Positions 11,214-20,141 of a stretch of DNA of 64,000 nucleotides are shown one piece after another. The first letter of the stretch is position 1. Each line of letters begins with the position of its first letter. The translations under genes were made by a program, and so were the position numbers. Below the pieces are notes generated by a model, which worked only from the letters and a program-made list of their open reading frames with translations, did no database searches and was not told where the DNA came from. The stretch lies in contig CALHMG010000186.1 in NCBI GenBank assembly GCA_938034705.1, positions 5,110 through 69,109 of the forward strand, in the 5' to 3' direction. Origin of the DNA: an uncultured Gammaproteobacteria bacterium. GTDB lineage: Bacteria; Pseudomonadota; Gammaproteobacteria; Arenicellales; CALHMG01.

Positions 11214-11675
11214 ATGTCTGACAACTCCAGCAAAAAACCGGAAGCATCGACAGGCGACACACAATACGCTGACGATTTTGTGAATCGCTTCATGCAGGGT
11301 AACGCGCTCGATGCGGATATGCCGGCCGAGCCCGAGGTCGTCAGGACCGCCTCGGACGCGCCACTTGAAAAACAGATTCTGGAAGAACAGGTGGTGCTGG
11401 CGTTGCGTGAAATTTACGACCCCGAACTGCCGGTCAACATCTACGATCTCGGATTGATCTACAAGGTCGACGTTGACGACGACGCGAACGTCAAGGTTGA
11501 CATGACGCTGACCACTCCCGGCTGTCCGGTTGCGCAGACATTTCCGGGCACTGTCGAGAACGCCGTCAGCAAGGTCGAAGGCGTCGCCAGCGCCTGTGTC
11601 GAGCTGGTCTGGGAACCTGCCTGGACCAAAGATCGAATCAGCGAGGCCGCGCGGCTGGAGCTGGGTATTTTCTGA
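11214..11675 (+). CDS. sufT: DUF59/SufT-type Fe-S assembly protein
   Basis: DUF59 core LREIYDPELPVNIYDLGLIY...TLTTPGCPVA. It is the last gene of the suf operon. Confidence 0.8.
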   Translation: MSDNSSKKPEASTGDTQYADDFVNRFMQGNALDADMPAEPEVVRTASDAPLEKQILEEQVVLALREIYDPELPVNIYDLGLIYKVDVDDDANVKVDMTLTTPGCPVAQTFPGTVENAVSKVEGVASACVELVWEPAWTKDRISEAARLELGIF

Positions 11676-11873
11676 ATACGCCGCGCGTCCGGACCCAGGG
11701 TTGTCCACAAACGGACAGCCTTATCGGTGTGACGTCGGTTCCCGCACCGGCCTGGAGCGCGGGCACACGGGAAGAAGTCCCGATACTGTCTGTCTGAGCA
11801 GGTCCCGGTTCACGGCATCGGGAAATTGGCGCAAATCGGCGGCGAATCTGCAACCGGCTGCCATACTGATCCA

Positions 11874-12620
11874 ATGCGCCTGCACGTGATGAGTGATTTA
11901 CACCTCGAGTTCGCTCCGTTTGACCCGCCTCAAACGGACGCGGATGTGATTGTGCTCGCCGGCGACATACACGTTGGCAACGAAGGCGTGCGCTGGGCGC
12001 GCAAGCACTTTAAGAAGACACCCGTTATCTATGTCCTCGGCAATCACGAGTACTACGGCCAGGCTTTCCCGGGTCACGCCGCCAAACTCAAGTTCCTGAC
12101 CGCTGGCAGCAATATCAAGATTCTTGAGCGCGATGAACTGGTCATCGATGGTGTGACATTTTTAGGGTGCACGCTGTGGACGGATTTTCGTCTCAAAGGC
12201 AATATGAAGGTTGCTGGCGCCAAAGCCGAAGAACGCATGAACGACTATCGCAAGATTCGCGTGAGTCCCGGTCATCGAAAGCTCAAGTTTACGGACTGCG
12301 CCAAGCTGCATCAAACGTCGGTCGACTGGTTGCGTGAAAAAGTCGAGAACTATAACGACCGCAAAACGGTCGTCATCAGTCATCATGCTCCAAGTCCCAG
12401 ATCGATTCCCGAGCGCCACGCCGGATCCTCTATTGGTGCGGCCTATGCATCTGATCTTGAGCCGATCATCGAAGAAAACAGTGTTGCCATGTGGATTCAT
12501 GGACACATTCACGATCAGCAGGACTACAAGGTCGGCGACACCCGCATTATCGCGAATCCTCGCGGATATCCGGCCGAGCCTAACAGCGAGTTCGCCGACA
12601 ACTTTATCGTTGACGTCTAG
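11874..12620 (+). CDS. Metallophosphoesterase (calcineurin-like)
   Basis: Motifs SDLHLE, GDIHVG, GNHEYY, SHHAP and HGHIH. The ATG at 11874 is preferred over the TTG at 11826. Confidence 0.8.
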   Translation: MRLHVMSDLHLEFAPFDPPQTDADVIVLAGDIHVGNEGVRWARKHFKKTPVIYVLGNHEYYGQAFPGHAAKLKFLTAGSNIKILERDELVIDGVTFLGCTLWTDFRLKGNMKVAGAKAEERMNDYRKIRVSPGHRKLKFTDCAKLHQTSVDWLREKVENYNDRKTVVISHHAPSPRSIPERHAGSSIGAAYASDLEPIIEENSVAMWIHGHIHDQQDYKVGDTRIIANPRGYPAEPNSEFADNFIVDV

Positions 12621-12643
12621 CTATCGGGTTAAGGTGCAGGTCG

Positions 12644-13336
12644 TCACCCAAGCAGACTGCTGCGAAAATTTCGTTCCCCGGCAGCCGTAAATTTGATGAT
12701 GCGTGTGCCTTGCTCACGACTGGCCCATTTTTTCTCGTAGCAGTAGTCGAGCAGCGTGGCGCCCAGGGTGCCCGCAAGGTGGTGACGCCGAACGCTCCAG
12801 TCGAGACAGGCTTTGCAAAGTGGTCGTCTGGAAGATGGCGCGGTTGCAGGTTCAATACCCAGTTCCCCGAAGAACTTTTTGCCTTTCGCTGTCACAGCAA
12901 CCTCGGAAGTTTCCTCTGCGCGGGTAACCTTCAGCAATTTGCGCTGCACGAGCGAATCAAATAGCTCAACCCCGAGATCCCCCGCAAGGTGGTCATAACA
13001 AACCCGCGCTCGACGCAGTTCCGGGTCTTTAGGGCCGGGACGCACACGTCTTGCGCCCGTGCGTTCGGCGATGCCCATCAAATTTTCGAGAAGCCGTGCG
13101 ACATCCTGATCGGCCAGGCGGAAGTATCGGTGGCGACCCTGCGCCTCGACTTCAATCAATCCTGCGTCGCAGAGTTTGGAGAGATGCCCGCTGGCGGTTT
13201 GCTTGGTGATACCGGCCTCTGCCGAAAGTTCCGTCGCGGTGAGCGCTTCGCCGGACACCAGAGCAGTCAGCATCGTCGCGCGCGCATGGTCGCCGATCAG
13301 TGCTGCTATTCCAGTGATATTGGGGCCGTCAAACAT
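12644..13336 (-). CDS. ArsR-family HTH regulator with an additional C-terminal domain
   Basis: The N-terminal wHTH reads LTATELSAEAGITKQTASGHLSKLCDAGLI. The C-terminal half carries a duplicated C..DHLAG / RRHHLAG motif. It is divergent from the NIPSNAP-ABM-EamA-radical SAM operon. Confidence 0.8.
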   Translation of the reverse strand: MFDGPNITGIAALIGDHARATMLTALVSGEALTATELSAEAGITKQTASGHLSKLCDAGLIEVEAQGRHRYFRLADQDVARLLENLMGIAERTGARRVRPGPKDPELRRARVCYDHLAGDLGVELFDSLVQRKLLKVTRAEETSEVAVTAKGKKFFGELGIEPATAPSSRRPLCKACLDWSVRRHHLAGTLGATLLDYCYEKKWASREQGTRIIKFTAAGERNFRSSLLG

Positions 13337-13417
13337 GGTTCGATCGTAGCCGAACCATTGATGGAGAGCAAACTGCTAGGTTTACACCTCAAGACAACAA
13401 CGCCTCAGGAGCTTGAG

Positions 13418-13765
13418 ATGTCACTGACCTGCTTTATCCGCTACCAGATTGATCCCACAAAAAAGGAGCAATTCGAAAAATACTCCGAAAACTGGGGCCG
13501 CGTGATCCCTCAGTGTGGCGCCGACCTGATTGGCTACTACGCCCCGCACGAGGGGTCCGCGACTACGGCTTATGGCATCTACAACGTGAAAAGCCTCGCC
13601 GACTACGAGGCCTACCGCGCACGTCTGGCCGCTCACCCCGAGGGGAAAGCAAATTACGAGTTCGCCATGCGCGAGAAGTTTCTGTTGAAGGAAGATCGGA
13701 TCTTCCTCAAGCTGGCTTCCGGCTCGGATCAGTCACATGCAATTGTTCAGGGGGACCAAACATGA
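13418..13765 (+). CDS. NIPSNAP-like small alpha/beta protein
   Basis: 115 aa from the ATG at 13418 (MSLTCFIRYQIDP...YGIYNVKSLADYEAYR). The longer 12989 ORF overlaps the ArsR gene in antisense and is rejected. Confidence 0.6.
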   Translation: MSLTCFIRYQIDPTKKEQFEKYSENWGRVIPQCGADLIGYYAPHEGSATTAYGIYNVKSLADYEAYRARLAAHPEGKANYEFAMREKFLLKEDRIFLKLASGSDQSHAIVQGDQT

Positions 13766-14106
13766 TCGCCGTTATTTTTGAAGTCTGGCCAAAGCCGGAA
13801 TACAGGAACAAATATCTCGAGCTGGCAGCCGCGCTACGTGAGTCTGTCGAAAGCATAGAAGGGTTTATTTCGATCGAAAGATTCCAGAGCATTGTCAATG
13901 AGGACAAGATGGTGTCGCTGTCATTTTTTGAAGACCATCATGCTCTGGATGAGTGGCGTAACGTTGCCGGACACAGATCGGCGCAGAAGATTGGTCGATC
14001 AAAATACTTCGCCGACTACCGGCTGCGGATTGCAAATGTAGAACGTGACTACGGTATGAACGCCCGTGACGAAGTTCCCGAGGACAGCCGAATCAGTAAC
14101 GGGTGA
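13762..14106 (+). CDS. Antibiotic-biosynthesis-monooxygenase (ABM) domain protein
   Basis: MIAVIFEVWPKP...GFISIERFQS...SFFEDHHALDEWRN is typical of the ABM ferredoxin-like fold. There is an ATGA start/stop overlap with the preceding gene. Confidence 0.7.
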   Translation: MIAVIFEVWPKPEYRNKYLELAAALRESVESIEGFISIERFQSIVNEDKMVSLSFFEDHHALDEWRNVAGHRSAQKIGRSKYFADYRLRIANVERDYGMNARDEVPEDSRISNG

Positions 14107-15059
14107 ACTCGGTGAGAGAAAGCGGACGGCCACCTGCGACACCGGCTGCGCCGTTGAAGATGGGTGTTGTCGAGTGGGCGTTGCTCGCCCTGCTGGCGTC
14201 GCTCTGGGGCTGTTCGTTCTTCTTTCAGGCAATCTGTCTCGAAACACTGCCGGTGCTGACAACCGTTTTCGGGCGCATGGCTGTTGCCGGGGTTCTGCTG
14301 TTGCTTGTGGCCGCGGCCATGGGCGAGCGGATCGCCTTGACGCCCGTTGCGGTTGGTGAGTTTTTCGCACTGGGGCTGATGCGCACCGCGCTGCCGATGC
14401 TGTGCATTGTCTGGGCGCAAACTCGAATAGAAAGTAATGTCGCCGGCATCCTCAATTCGACGTCAGTCATTTTTACGGTTGTGGTCGCACACTTTCTGAC
14501 GGCGGATGATCGTTTGACCCGCCCCAAAGCGATCGGGGTGGCGGTAGCCGTGCTGGGCATGATCGTTATGGTTGGATTCGACGCGCTGCGTGGCCTCGGC
14601 GACAACGTTGCCGGGCAGCTCGCAATGCTGCTGGCCACATTAAGCTATGGTTTCGCAGCGGTTTTTGGCCGAAGGTTCAAGGGAACGTCACCCGTGGTTT
14701 CTGCCGCCGGGATGCTGATCGCCGGGGCGATTCTTGTAGGGCCGTTTGCGTGGGTCTACGACTGGCCATTGAGTCAGGCCCCTTCGACGCGATCAGCTCT
14801 TGCGCTGGGTGCGGTAGCGGTGTTCAGCACAGCCTGCGCTTTTGTGGTTTGGTTCAGGCTGATCCAGACGGCCGGTCCGAGTAACACGTCGATGGTGACC
14901 CTGCTGATTCCATTCGTGTCACTGCTACTCGGCGTTGTGTTGCTTGGAGAAAGTGTGAGTATGGCAAAGCTTGGCGGGCTGGGGTTGATTTTGCTCGGCC
15001 TGCTCATTACCCGGCAACGGCTGTCTTTGCGTCAGGGCGAGATTAACTCGTCTCGTTGA
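14103..15059 (+). CDS. EamA/DMT-family transporter (10-TM permease)
   Basis: Two EamA-like halves and about 10 hydrophobic helices. GTGA overlaps the ABM stop. An alternative start is the ATG at 14160. Confidence 0.85.
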   Translation: MNSVRESGRPPATPAAPLKMGVVEWALLALLASLWGCSFFFQAICLETLPVLTTVFGRMAVAGVLLLLVAAAMGERIALTPVAVGEFFALGLMRTALPMLCIVWAQTRIESNVAGILNSTSVIFTVVVAHFLTADDRLTRPKAIGVAVAVLGMIVMVGFDALRGLGDNVAGQLAMLLATLSYGFAAVFGRRFKGTSPVVSAAGMLIAGAILVGPFAWVYDWPLSQAPSTRSALALGAVAVFSTACAFVVWFRLIQTAGPSNTSMVTLLIPFVSLLLGVVLLGESVSMAKLGGLGLILLGLLITRQRLSLRQGEINSSR

Positions 15060-15196
15060 ACACCGGCGATACGCAAGCTTGCCAAAAGCGAACTTTCGGG
15101 CTCGCGGGGTTCCAGTGTGGTGCTAATTCGGCGCGTATCGCCGCGCAACGCCGGTATCATACCGGGGCCCTGTCTCCCCCACGGAATTCGCCTGAA

Positions 15197-16570
15197 GTGA
15201 AAGTCACGCTGATCAGTCCTTATGAAATTGGCCGCCAGCCGTTTGGTCTGGCGCAGCCTGCCGCATGGCTCGACCGCGCGGGTTTTGATGTCTGGTGCAT
15301 TGACCTCGCCCAGGAACGACTTTCCCGGGATCGTATCGAGGGTGCCGGGATGATCGCGCTGTATCTTGCGATGCATACGGCGACGAGAATCGCGGTTGAG
15401 GCGATACCCAAGATTCGGGAAATCAATCCGGGCGCCACGCTTGTTGTTTACGGGCTCTACGCGCCGATGAATCGTGAGCTGTTTGAGGAGCTTGGAGCTG
15501 CCGCGGTACTGGGTGGCGAAAGCGAACCTGACATTGTCGCGGTTGCGCAGGCGGTGCGCGACGGCACCGAGATCCCGGCTTCTGTAACGCGTCTTGAGAA
15601 AATTGATTTTGTCATGCCGGACAGACGTGCGCTGCCACCGCTCGAGCGATACGCTGATCTCATCCTGCCAGACAATTCGCGCAAGATGGTCGCTTTCGCT
15701 GAAGCGACTCGAGGCTGCAAGCATCTTTGCCGTCACTGTCCGGTAGTGCCGGTTTATGAAGGAAAGTTTCGTGTCGTGCCGGTCGACATAATTATCGATG
15801 ACATCTCAGGTCAGGTTCAGCGCGGCGCTACCCATGTTTCGTTCGGAGACCCGGACTTTCTGAACGGCCCGGGTCATGCCCGCCGCGTCATCAAGGCGCT
15901 CAAGGAACGCCATCCGCAAATTACTTTTGACGCGACCGTCAAGGTTGAGCACATCATCAAACATGCAGACATGTTGCCTGTGATGGCGGACGCCGGATGT
16001 CTGTTTCTAACCACGGCCGTAGAGTCGGTCGATGATGATGTTTTGCGCAAGCTCGACAAGGGCCACACCCGGCAGGAATTCGAGCTTGCGCTTGAATCTC
16101 TGCGTGAAGTCGGTATCGCCATGGCGCCGACCTTTGTCCCGTTTAATCCCTGGACGACTATCGACGGGTATCGCGAACTGCTTGAGCGAATCAGTTCGCT
16201 CGGGCTGGTCGAGGCCGTGGCGCCCGTTCAGCTGAGTATCCGGCTTCTGATTCCAAAAGGTTCGTGGATGTTGCGCATTGATGGTTTTGAAGAACTCATC
16301 AAGCCTTTTGATGAAACCATGCTCGGCTACCCTTGGGATCACCAGGATCCAGCGGTTGATGCGCTGCAGCAACGTGTGATGACCATTGCCATGCACGGTG
16401 AGGACAACAAACGCGCCCGTGCGGATGTGTTCGCCGACATCTGGCGTGAAGCCCATGCCGGTGTTTCGGTTCCGCCGTTGCCGGACGTTGTGAGCGAACG
16501 GGTCCCGTCGTTGTCTGAACCCTGGTATTGCTGCGCCGAACCTACCGAGATGCAGCTTCAGGCAATCTGA
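15197..16570 (+). CDS. CUAEP/CCAEP-tail radical SAM protein (Cys-Cys variant) with an N-terminal B12-binding-like domain
   Basis: CX3CX2C motif RGCKHLCRHCPV and C-terminal tail WYCCAEPTEMQLQAI. A GTG start at 15197 (VKVTLISPYEI) is proposed. TTG at 15056, which overlaps the EamA stop as TTGA, is the alternative. Confidence 0.8.
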   Translation: MKVTLISPYEIGRQPFGLAQPAAWLDRAGFDVWCIDLAQERLSRDRIEGAGMIALYLAMHTATRIAVEAIPKIREINPGATLVVYGLYAPMNRELFEELGAAAVLGGESEPDIVAVAQAVRDGTEIPASVTRLEKIDFVMPDRRALPPLERYADLILPDNSRKMVAFAEATRGCKHLCRHCPVVPVYEGKFRVVPVDIIIDDISGQVQRGATHVSFGDPDFLNGPGHARRVIKALKERHPQITFDATVKVEHIIKHADMLPVMADAGCLFLTTAVESVDDDVLRKLDKGHTRQEFELALESLREVGIAMAPTFVPFNPWTTIDGYRELLERISSLGLVEAVAPVQLSIRLLIPKGSWMLRIDGFEELIKPFDETMLGYPWDHQDPAVDALQQRVMTIAMHGEDNKRARADVFADIWREAHAGVSVPPLPDVVSERVPSLSEPWYCCAEPTEMQLQAI

Positions 16571-16592
16571 TAACGCGTGACCGCAAGCCAAA

Positions 16593-16618
16593 GAAAAGGA
16601 CCCGTCAGGGTCCTTTTC
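16593..16618. terminator. Bidirectional intrinsic terminator between convergent genes
   Basis: Perfect 11-bp stem GAAAAGGACCC / GGGTCCTTTTC with loop GTCA. T-runs sit on both strands between the radical SAM gene (+) and ctpA (-). Confidence 0.7.
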
Positions 16619-16681
16619 TCGTGACATCGGCGCTAACGCATCAGGCGCACGCGATATTCAAGTTCGCAATCCGGCGCCCTG

Positions 16682-17980
16682 CTACTGCTGTGTCGCTTTG
16701 ACGACGTTCAGACCCTTGAGCAGATTCAGCGCCTCGCGCAACTGAAAGTCCTCGTCGAGTCGTTCGTCCCGCTTTTTCGCCTTTGCCTTGTCCTTTTCGT
16801 TAGTCAGGTGACCGGACAGGTCAGCTTCGCGCAGGCGACGGCGTTCGTTACTTTTGGTCTTCGCGAGCTCGAGGTTAGCGACCTGAATGTCGGGTTCGAT
16901 GCCGGTTGCCTGGATCGAACGGTCGCTGGGTGTGTAGTAGCGAGCGGTGGTGATCTTCAAAGCGGCGCCGTTCGACATGGGCAAAATGGTCTGCACGGAG
17001 CCTTTGCCAAAAGTCTTTTCGCCCATGATGACAGCGCGTTTGTGATCCTGCAGAGCGCCGGCAACAATTTCAGAAGCGGATGCCGAGCCGGGGTTAACCA
17101 GCACAACGAGAGGTGCACCATCAATCAGATCATCCGGTGTTGCGCTGAACTTCAGTTGCGACTCTTCGCCCCGGCCGCGCGTGAACACGATGTCGCCTTC
17201 CTTCAGGAACGCATCGGTAACCCCTACGGCGCCGTTAAGCACACCGCCGGGGTTGTTGCGCAGGTCGAGAACAAGTCCCTGCAGATTCTCGCCGTTCTTT
17301 TCTTTCAGGCGACCCAGCGCCTTGCGCAGACTCTCGGTGGTTCCCGACTGGAACTGGGAAATCCGGACATACCCGTAACCCTCGTCGAGAAAACGACTCT
17401 TGACGCTGGTTACCTTGATCACCGCACGCTTCATCTTGAAATCGAGAGGCTTGTCCTCACCCTCGCGCACAACGGTAACTTCAATCTCTGAACCCGGCTC
17501 GCCACGCATCAGCTTGACGGCTTCGCCAAGGGGCAGATCCTTCATGGTCTTGCCGTCGATCTGGGTGATGATATCGCCCGCCTCGATGCCGGCCTCGGAC
17601 GCGGGCGTGTCATCAATGGGTGCGACAACCTTCAGAAAACCGCCATCGGTTGTGACCTCGATCCCGAGTCCACCAAATCGACCCTCGGTTCCGATGCGGA
17701 CTTCCTTGAACGATTCAGCATCAAGATAGGTCGAGTGTGGATCAAGCCCGGCGAGCATTCCTGATATTGCGTCGCGAAGCAGACTCTTGTCAGCGACGTC
17801 TTCGACGTACTCGCTCTTGATCTTGCCAAACACGTCAGCGAAGACGCGCAGGTCTTCAAGCGGCAGTGCACCTGTAGATGCAGCGACAACTGCACCACCG
17901 GTTGCGACGCCCGCACCGAGTGCCGTGCCGGTTACCAGTCCGATGATCCAGGACGTAGGTTTTTTCATTGTCTGCTCCAT
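16682..17980 (-). CDS. ctpA: S41-family carboxy-terminal processing peptidase
   Basis: A PDZ domain plus the S41 core (LRNNPGGVL, GSASASEIVAGALQD, GEKTFGKGSVQ), with an N-terminal signal/TM segment. Confidence 0.92.
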   Translation of the reverse strand: MEQTMKKPTSWIIGLVTGTALGAGVATGGAVVAASTGALPLEDLRVFADVFGKIKSEYVEDVADKSLLRDAISGMLAGLDPHSTYLDAESFKEVRIGTEGRFGGLGIEVTTDGGFLKVVAPIDDTPASEAGIEAGDIITQIDGKTMKDLPLGEAVKLMRGEPGSEIEVTVVREGEDKPLDFKMKRAVIKVTSVKSRFLDEGYGYVRISQFQSGTTESLRKALGRLKEKNGENLQGLVLDLRNNPGGVLNGAVGVTDAFLKEGDIVFTRGRGEESQLKFSATPDDLIDGAPLVVLVNPGSASASEIVAGALQDHKRAVIMGEKTFGKGSVQTILPMSNGAALKITTARYYTPSDRSIQATGIEPDIQVANLELAKTKSNERRRLREADLSGHLTNEKDKAKAKKRDERLDEDFQLREALNLLKGLNVVKATQQ

Positions 17981-18140
17981 GCTTGGCCGAAGCCTTAATA
18001 TACCTTGTAAATCTAGACCACCAGAGACGACAAACGTTCGCAGTGTGTCCGGACAAACCCGCCGCCAATCTCAGTTCAAATTTTCGAGATTGCTGAAAAG
18101 CCCTTAGTTCCGGGGATTTATCGAATCGTCGGCAACGCGG

Positions 18141-19475
18141 TTACTGGCGACTCTGAAGCCACTTCAGTGGGTCGAGCGCCTCGTTGTCATGATTTATACG
18201 AAACAGCAGCCCGGGCCGATCAAGTCCTGCGCTGCCCATGTAGGCGATTTCTTCGCCGGCCTCAACACGATCACCAAGCTGTCGCAAGAGTTCACTGTTG
18301 TGCATGTAGACGCTTGAATAGTTGTCACCGTGGTCGATGACTATCACTTCGCCAGCGCCACGGATCAGGTTGCCGACCCAGATAACTTCACCACCTGCGA
18401 CCGCACGAACCGCGGTCCCGGCGTCTGCAAACAGCAGCACCCCTTCCCATTTGAACTCACCGTTCGAGCCGGGCTTCGGGTCACCAAAACGAGCCCCGAC
18501 TTTCCCGTCCGACGGATACGGGAGTCGGCCTTTGAGTTCTGCAAAGTCGTAGCTTTTAAGCGGTGGGACGACGTTGGCTTTCTGTTGCTCTTCGAGTTGT
18601 TCCAGTTCTGTATTCTGCTGCGCCTCGATGCGGCTCTTTTCGCGCAGCACGACCCGGGATTTTTCAATTTCCTGCAGCAACATCTGCAGCGCAAGTTGAT
18701 CCTGACGCAGCGTCTGCGCCCTCGCCCTGCGCGCCGTGATGTCACTGTCGATGCTGGCCAGAAGCTGTCGTTTTTCACCCAGTCGGGATTCAAGCGCAGA
18801 CTCGGATTCCTGCAGCGTCCGGGTCAGTTTCTGCAGTCGCTCGGTTCTCGTTGCGAGCAGAGTTTTGGTTTGCGTCACCCGGTTGATCTTGTCTCGAACC
18901 GATTTGATTGCGTCTGCCCGCGCGGCGGCGACGTATCGGTACCACGCCATGCTGCGACCGAGACGTATCGGGTCTGACTGGTTCAGGAGAATTTTCAGAT
19001 AGGGTTCGCGGCCGGTCGCCAGCGCGCTGCGGGTAAGATTTGCGATGCGACCCTCGTGGACTTCAACCTCGGCCTGTGCGATCTGCAGGTCTTTCTCAAG
19101 CGTGCTGATCTCGGTCTTTACGTTTGAGCTTTCGGCTCGCGCCTTGCGTTGAGCGATGCGCGTTTCACTGATGCGGGCGTCGAGCGTGCTGATGCTCTGG
19201 GACGTCTTGTCTCGCTCAACCCGGGACTGCTGCAGCTTTTTTTCAATGGATGCGGACGCCTCCCGCAGGTCCTGCAGGCGCGCGGCGTTATCGGCTGCCT
19301 GTGCCGAGGGCGCCATGATGGCGGCCAGGGTCAGGGCTCTCAGCAGGCTGATACCCCGTGAGTTACCCGCTCGGGGAACTGCCGCCGCGGGCTGTGGCCA
19401 TACACGGGCCATCAGCGCGTGCGCGGGGCGAAAAAACCGCAAAGCGAGGGATCCGAGACGTGCGGTGATGCGCAT
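18141..19475 (-). CDS. envC: Murein hydrolase activator EnvC-like (coiled coil + M23/LytM domain)
   Basis: A long coiled-coil N-terminal half and a C-terminal M23 domain (VIDHGDNYSSVYMHNSEL). The start is uncertain among Met codons at 19523, 19475 and 19412. The signal peptide ends in SAQA. Confidence 0.85.
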   Translation of the reverse strand: MRITARLGSLALRFFRPAHALMARVWPQPAAAVPRAGNSRGISLLRALTLAAIMAPSAQAADNAARLQDLREASASIEKKLQQSRVERDKTSQSISTLDARISETRIAQRKARAESSNVKTEISTLEKDLQIAQAEVEVHEGRIANLTRSALATGREPYLKILLNQSDPIRLGRSMAWYRYVAAARADAIKSVRDKINRVTQTKTLLATRTERLQKLTRTLQESESALESRLGEKRQLLASIDSDITARRARAQTLRQDQLALQMLLQEIEKSRVVLREKSRIEAQQNTELEQLEEQQKANVVPPLKSYDFAELKGRLPYPSDGKVGARFGDPKPGSNGEFKWEGVLLFADAGTAVRAVAGGEVIWVGNLIRGAGEVIVIDHGDNYSSVYMHNSELLRQLGDRVEAGEEIAYMGSAGLDRPGLLFRINHDNEALDPLKWLQSRQ

Positions 19476-19556
19476 CCGTGCATTATACTGCGAAGCCGGT
19501 CCCGGACCGTTGACTTTGATCACACCGGTCCCTTAACAACCCGTTATCCAACCGTT

Positions 19557-19588
19557 TTCTATTTCTATTTTTCTATTTATTTTCTATT
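19557..19588. repeat. Four copies of TTCTATT in an AT-rich divergent promoter region
   Basis: TTCTATT occurs at 19557, 19563, 19571 and 19582, between the envC and rhodanese gene starts. Confidence 0.6.
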
Positions 19589-19620
19589 CATGAATCTCAA
19601 GCCTGGGCGTTTAACCGAAA

Positions 19621-20040
19621 ATGTTTATTGAATTTGTCAAACAGCAGTGGATGTTGTTTCTGATGCTGGGTGTGATCATCTTCCTGCTCTTTCTGGACCC
19701 TGCCAAGCGACGGGTTGCGGGCGTCAGTTCGCTGAACCAGACCGATGCGCTGCGTCTTCTGCAGAAAGAATCGACTCAAGTGATCGACGTATCCGAGGAA
19801 TCGGACTTCAAGGCAGGCCACATATCGGGCGCGGTAAGTTCGCCGTCGTCAAAACTGGACAAGGACATCGACCGCCTGTCCAAGTACAAAGATCGGGAAG
19901 TCATGGTGGTCTGTAGAACCGGTCAGCGATCGGGCAAGGCGGCAGCGGCACTGCGAAAGGCCGGATTTACCAACGTTCACCTTCTCGATGGCGGAATGGT
20001 GGGCTGGATGAAAGAGAACCTTCCCGTCGAGAAAACCTGA
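19621..20040 (+). CDS. Membrane-anchored single-domain rhodanese (sulfurtransferase)
   Basis: An N-terminal TM helix followed by a rhodanese domain with active-site loop VVCRTGQRSG. Confidence 0.85.
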   Translation: MFIEFVKQQWMLFLMLGVIIFLLFLDPAKRRVAGVSSLNQTDALRLLQKESTQVIDVSEESDFKAGHISGAVSSPSSKLDKDIDRLSKYKDREVMVVCRTGQRSGKAAAALRKAGFTNVHLLDGGMVGWMKENLPVEKT

Positions 20041-20141
20041 GCTATGCTGACAGTGTCGGCGTAGTCTTGCCATACGCGGCATAGCCAACATCAAATTTCA
20101 CCCAGCCTGACACATCGGGCGAATCACACAGGGACTGTGGC

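Noticed and set aside
12989-13417. The N-terminal 143 codons of the 258-aa ORF 12989-13765.
   Set aside because: This part is antisense to the well-supported ArsR gene and has an Arg/Ala-rich non-protein-like composition. The NIPSNAP-like domain begins at the internal ATG at 13418.
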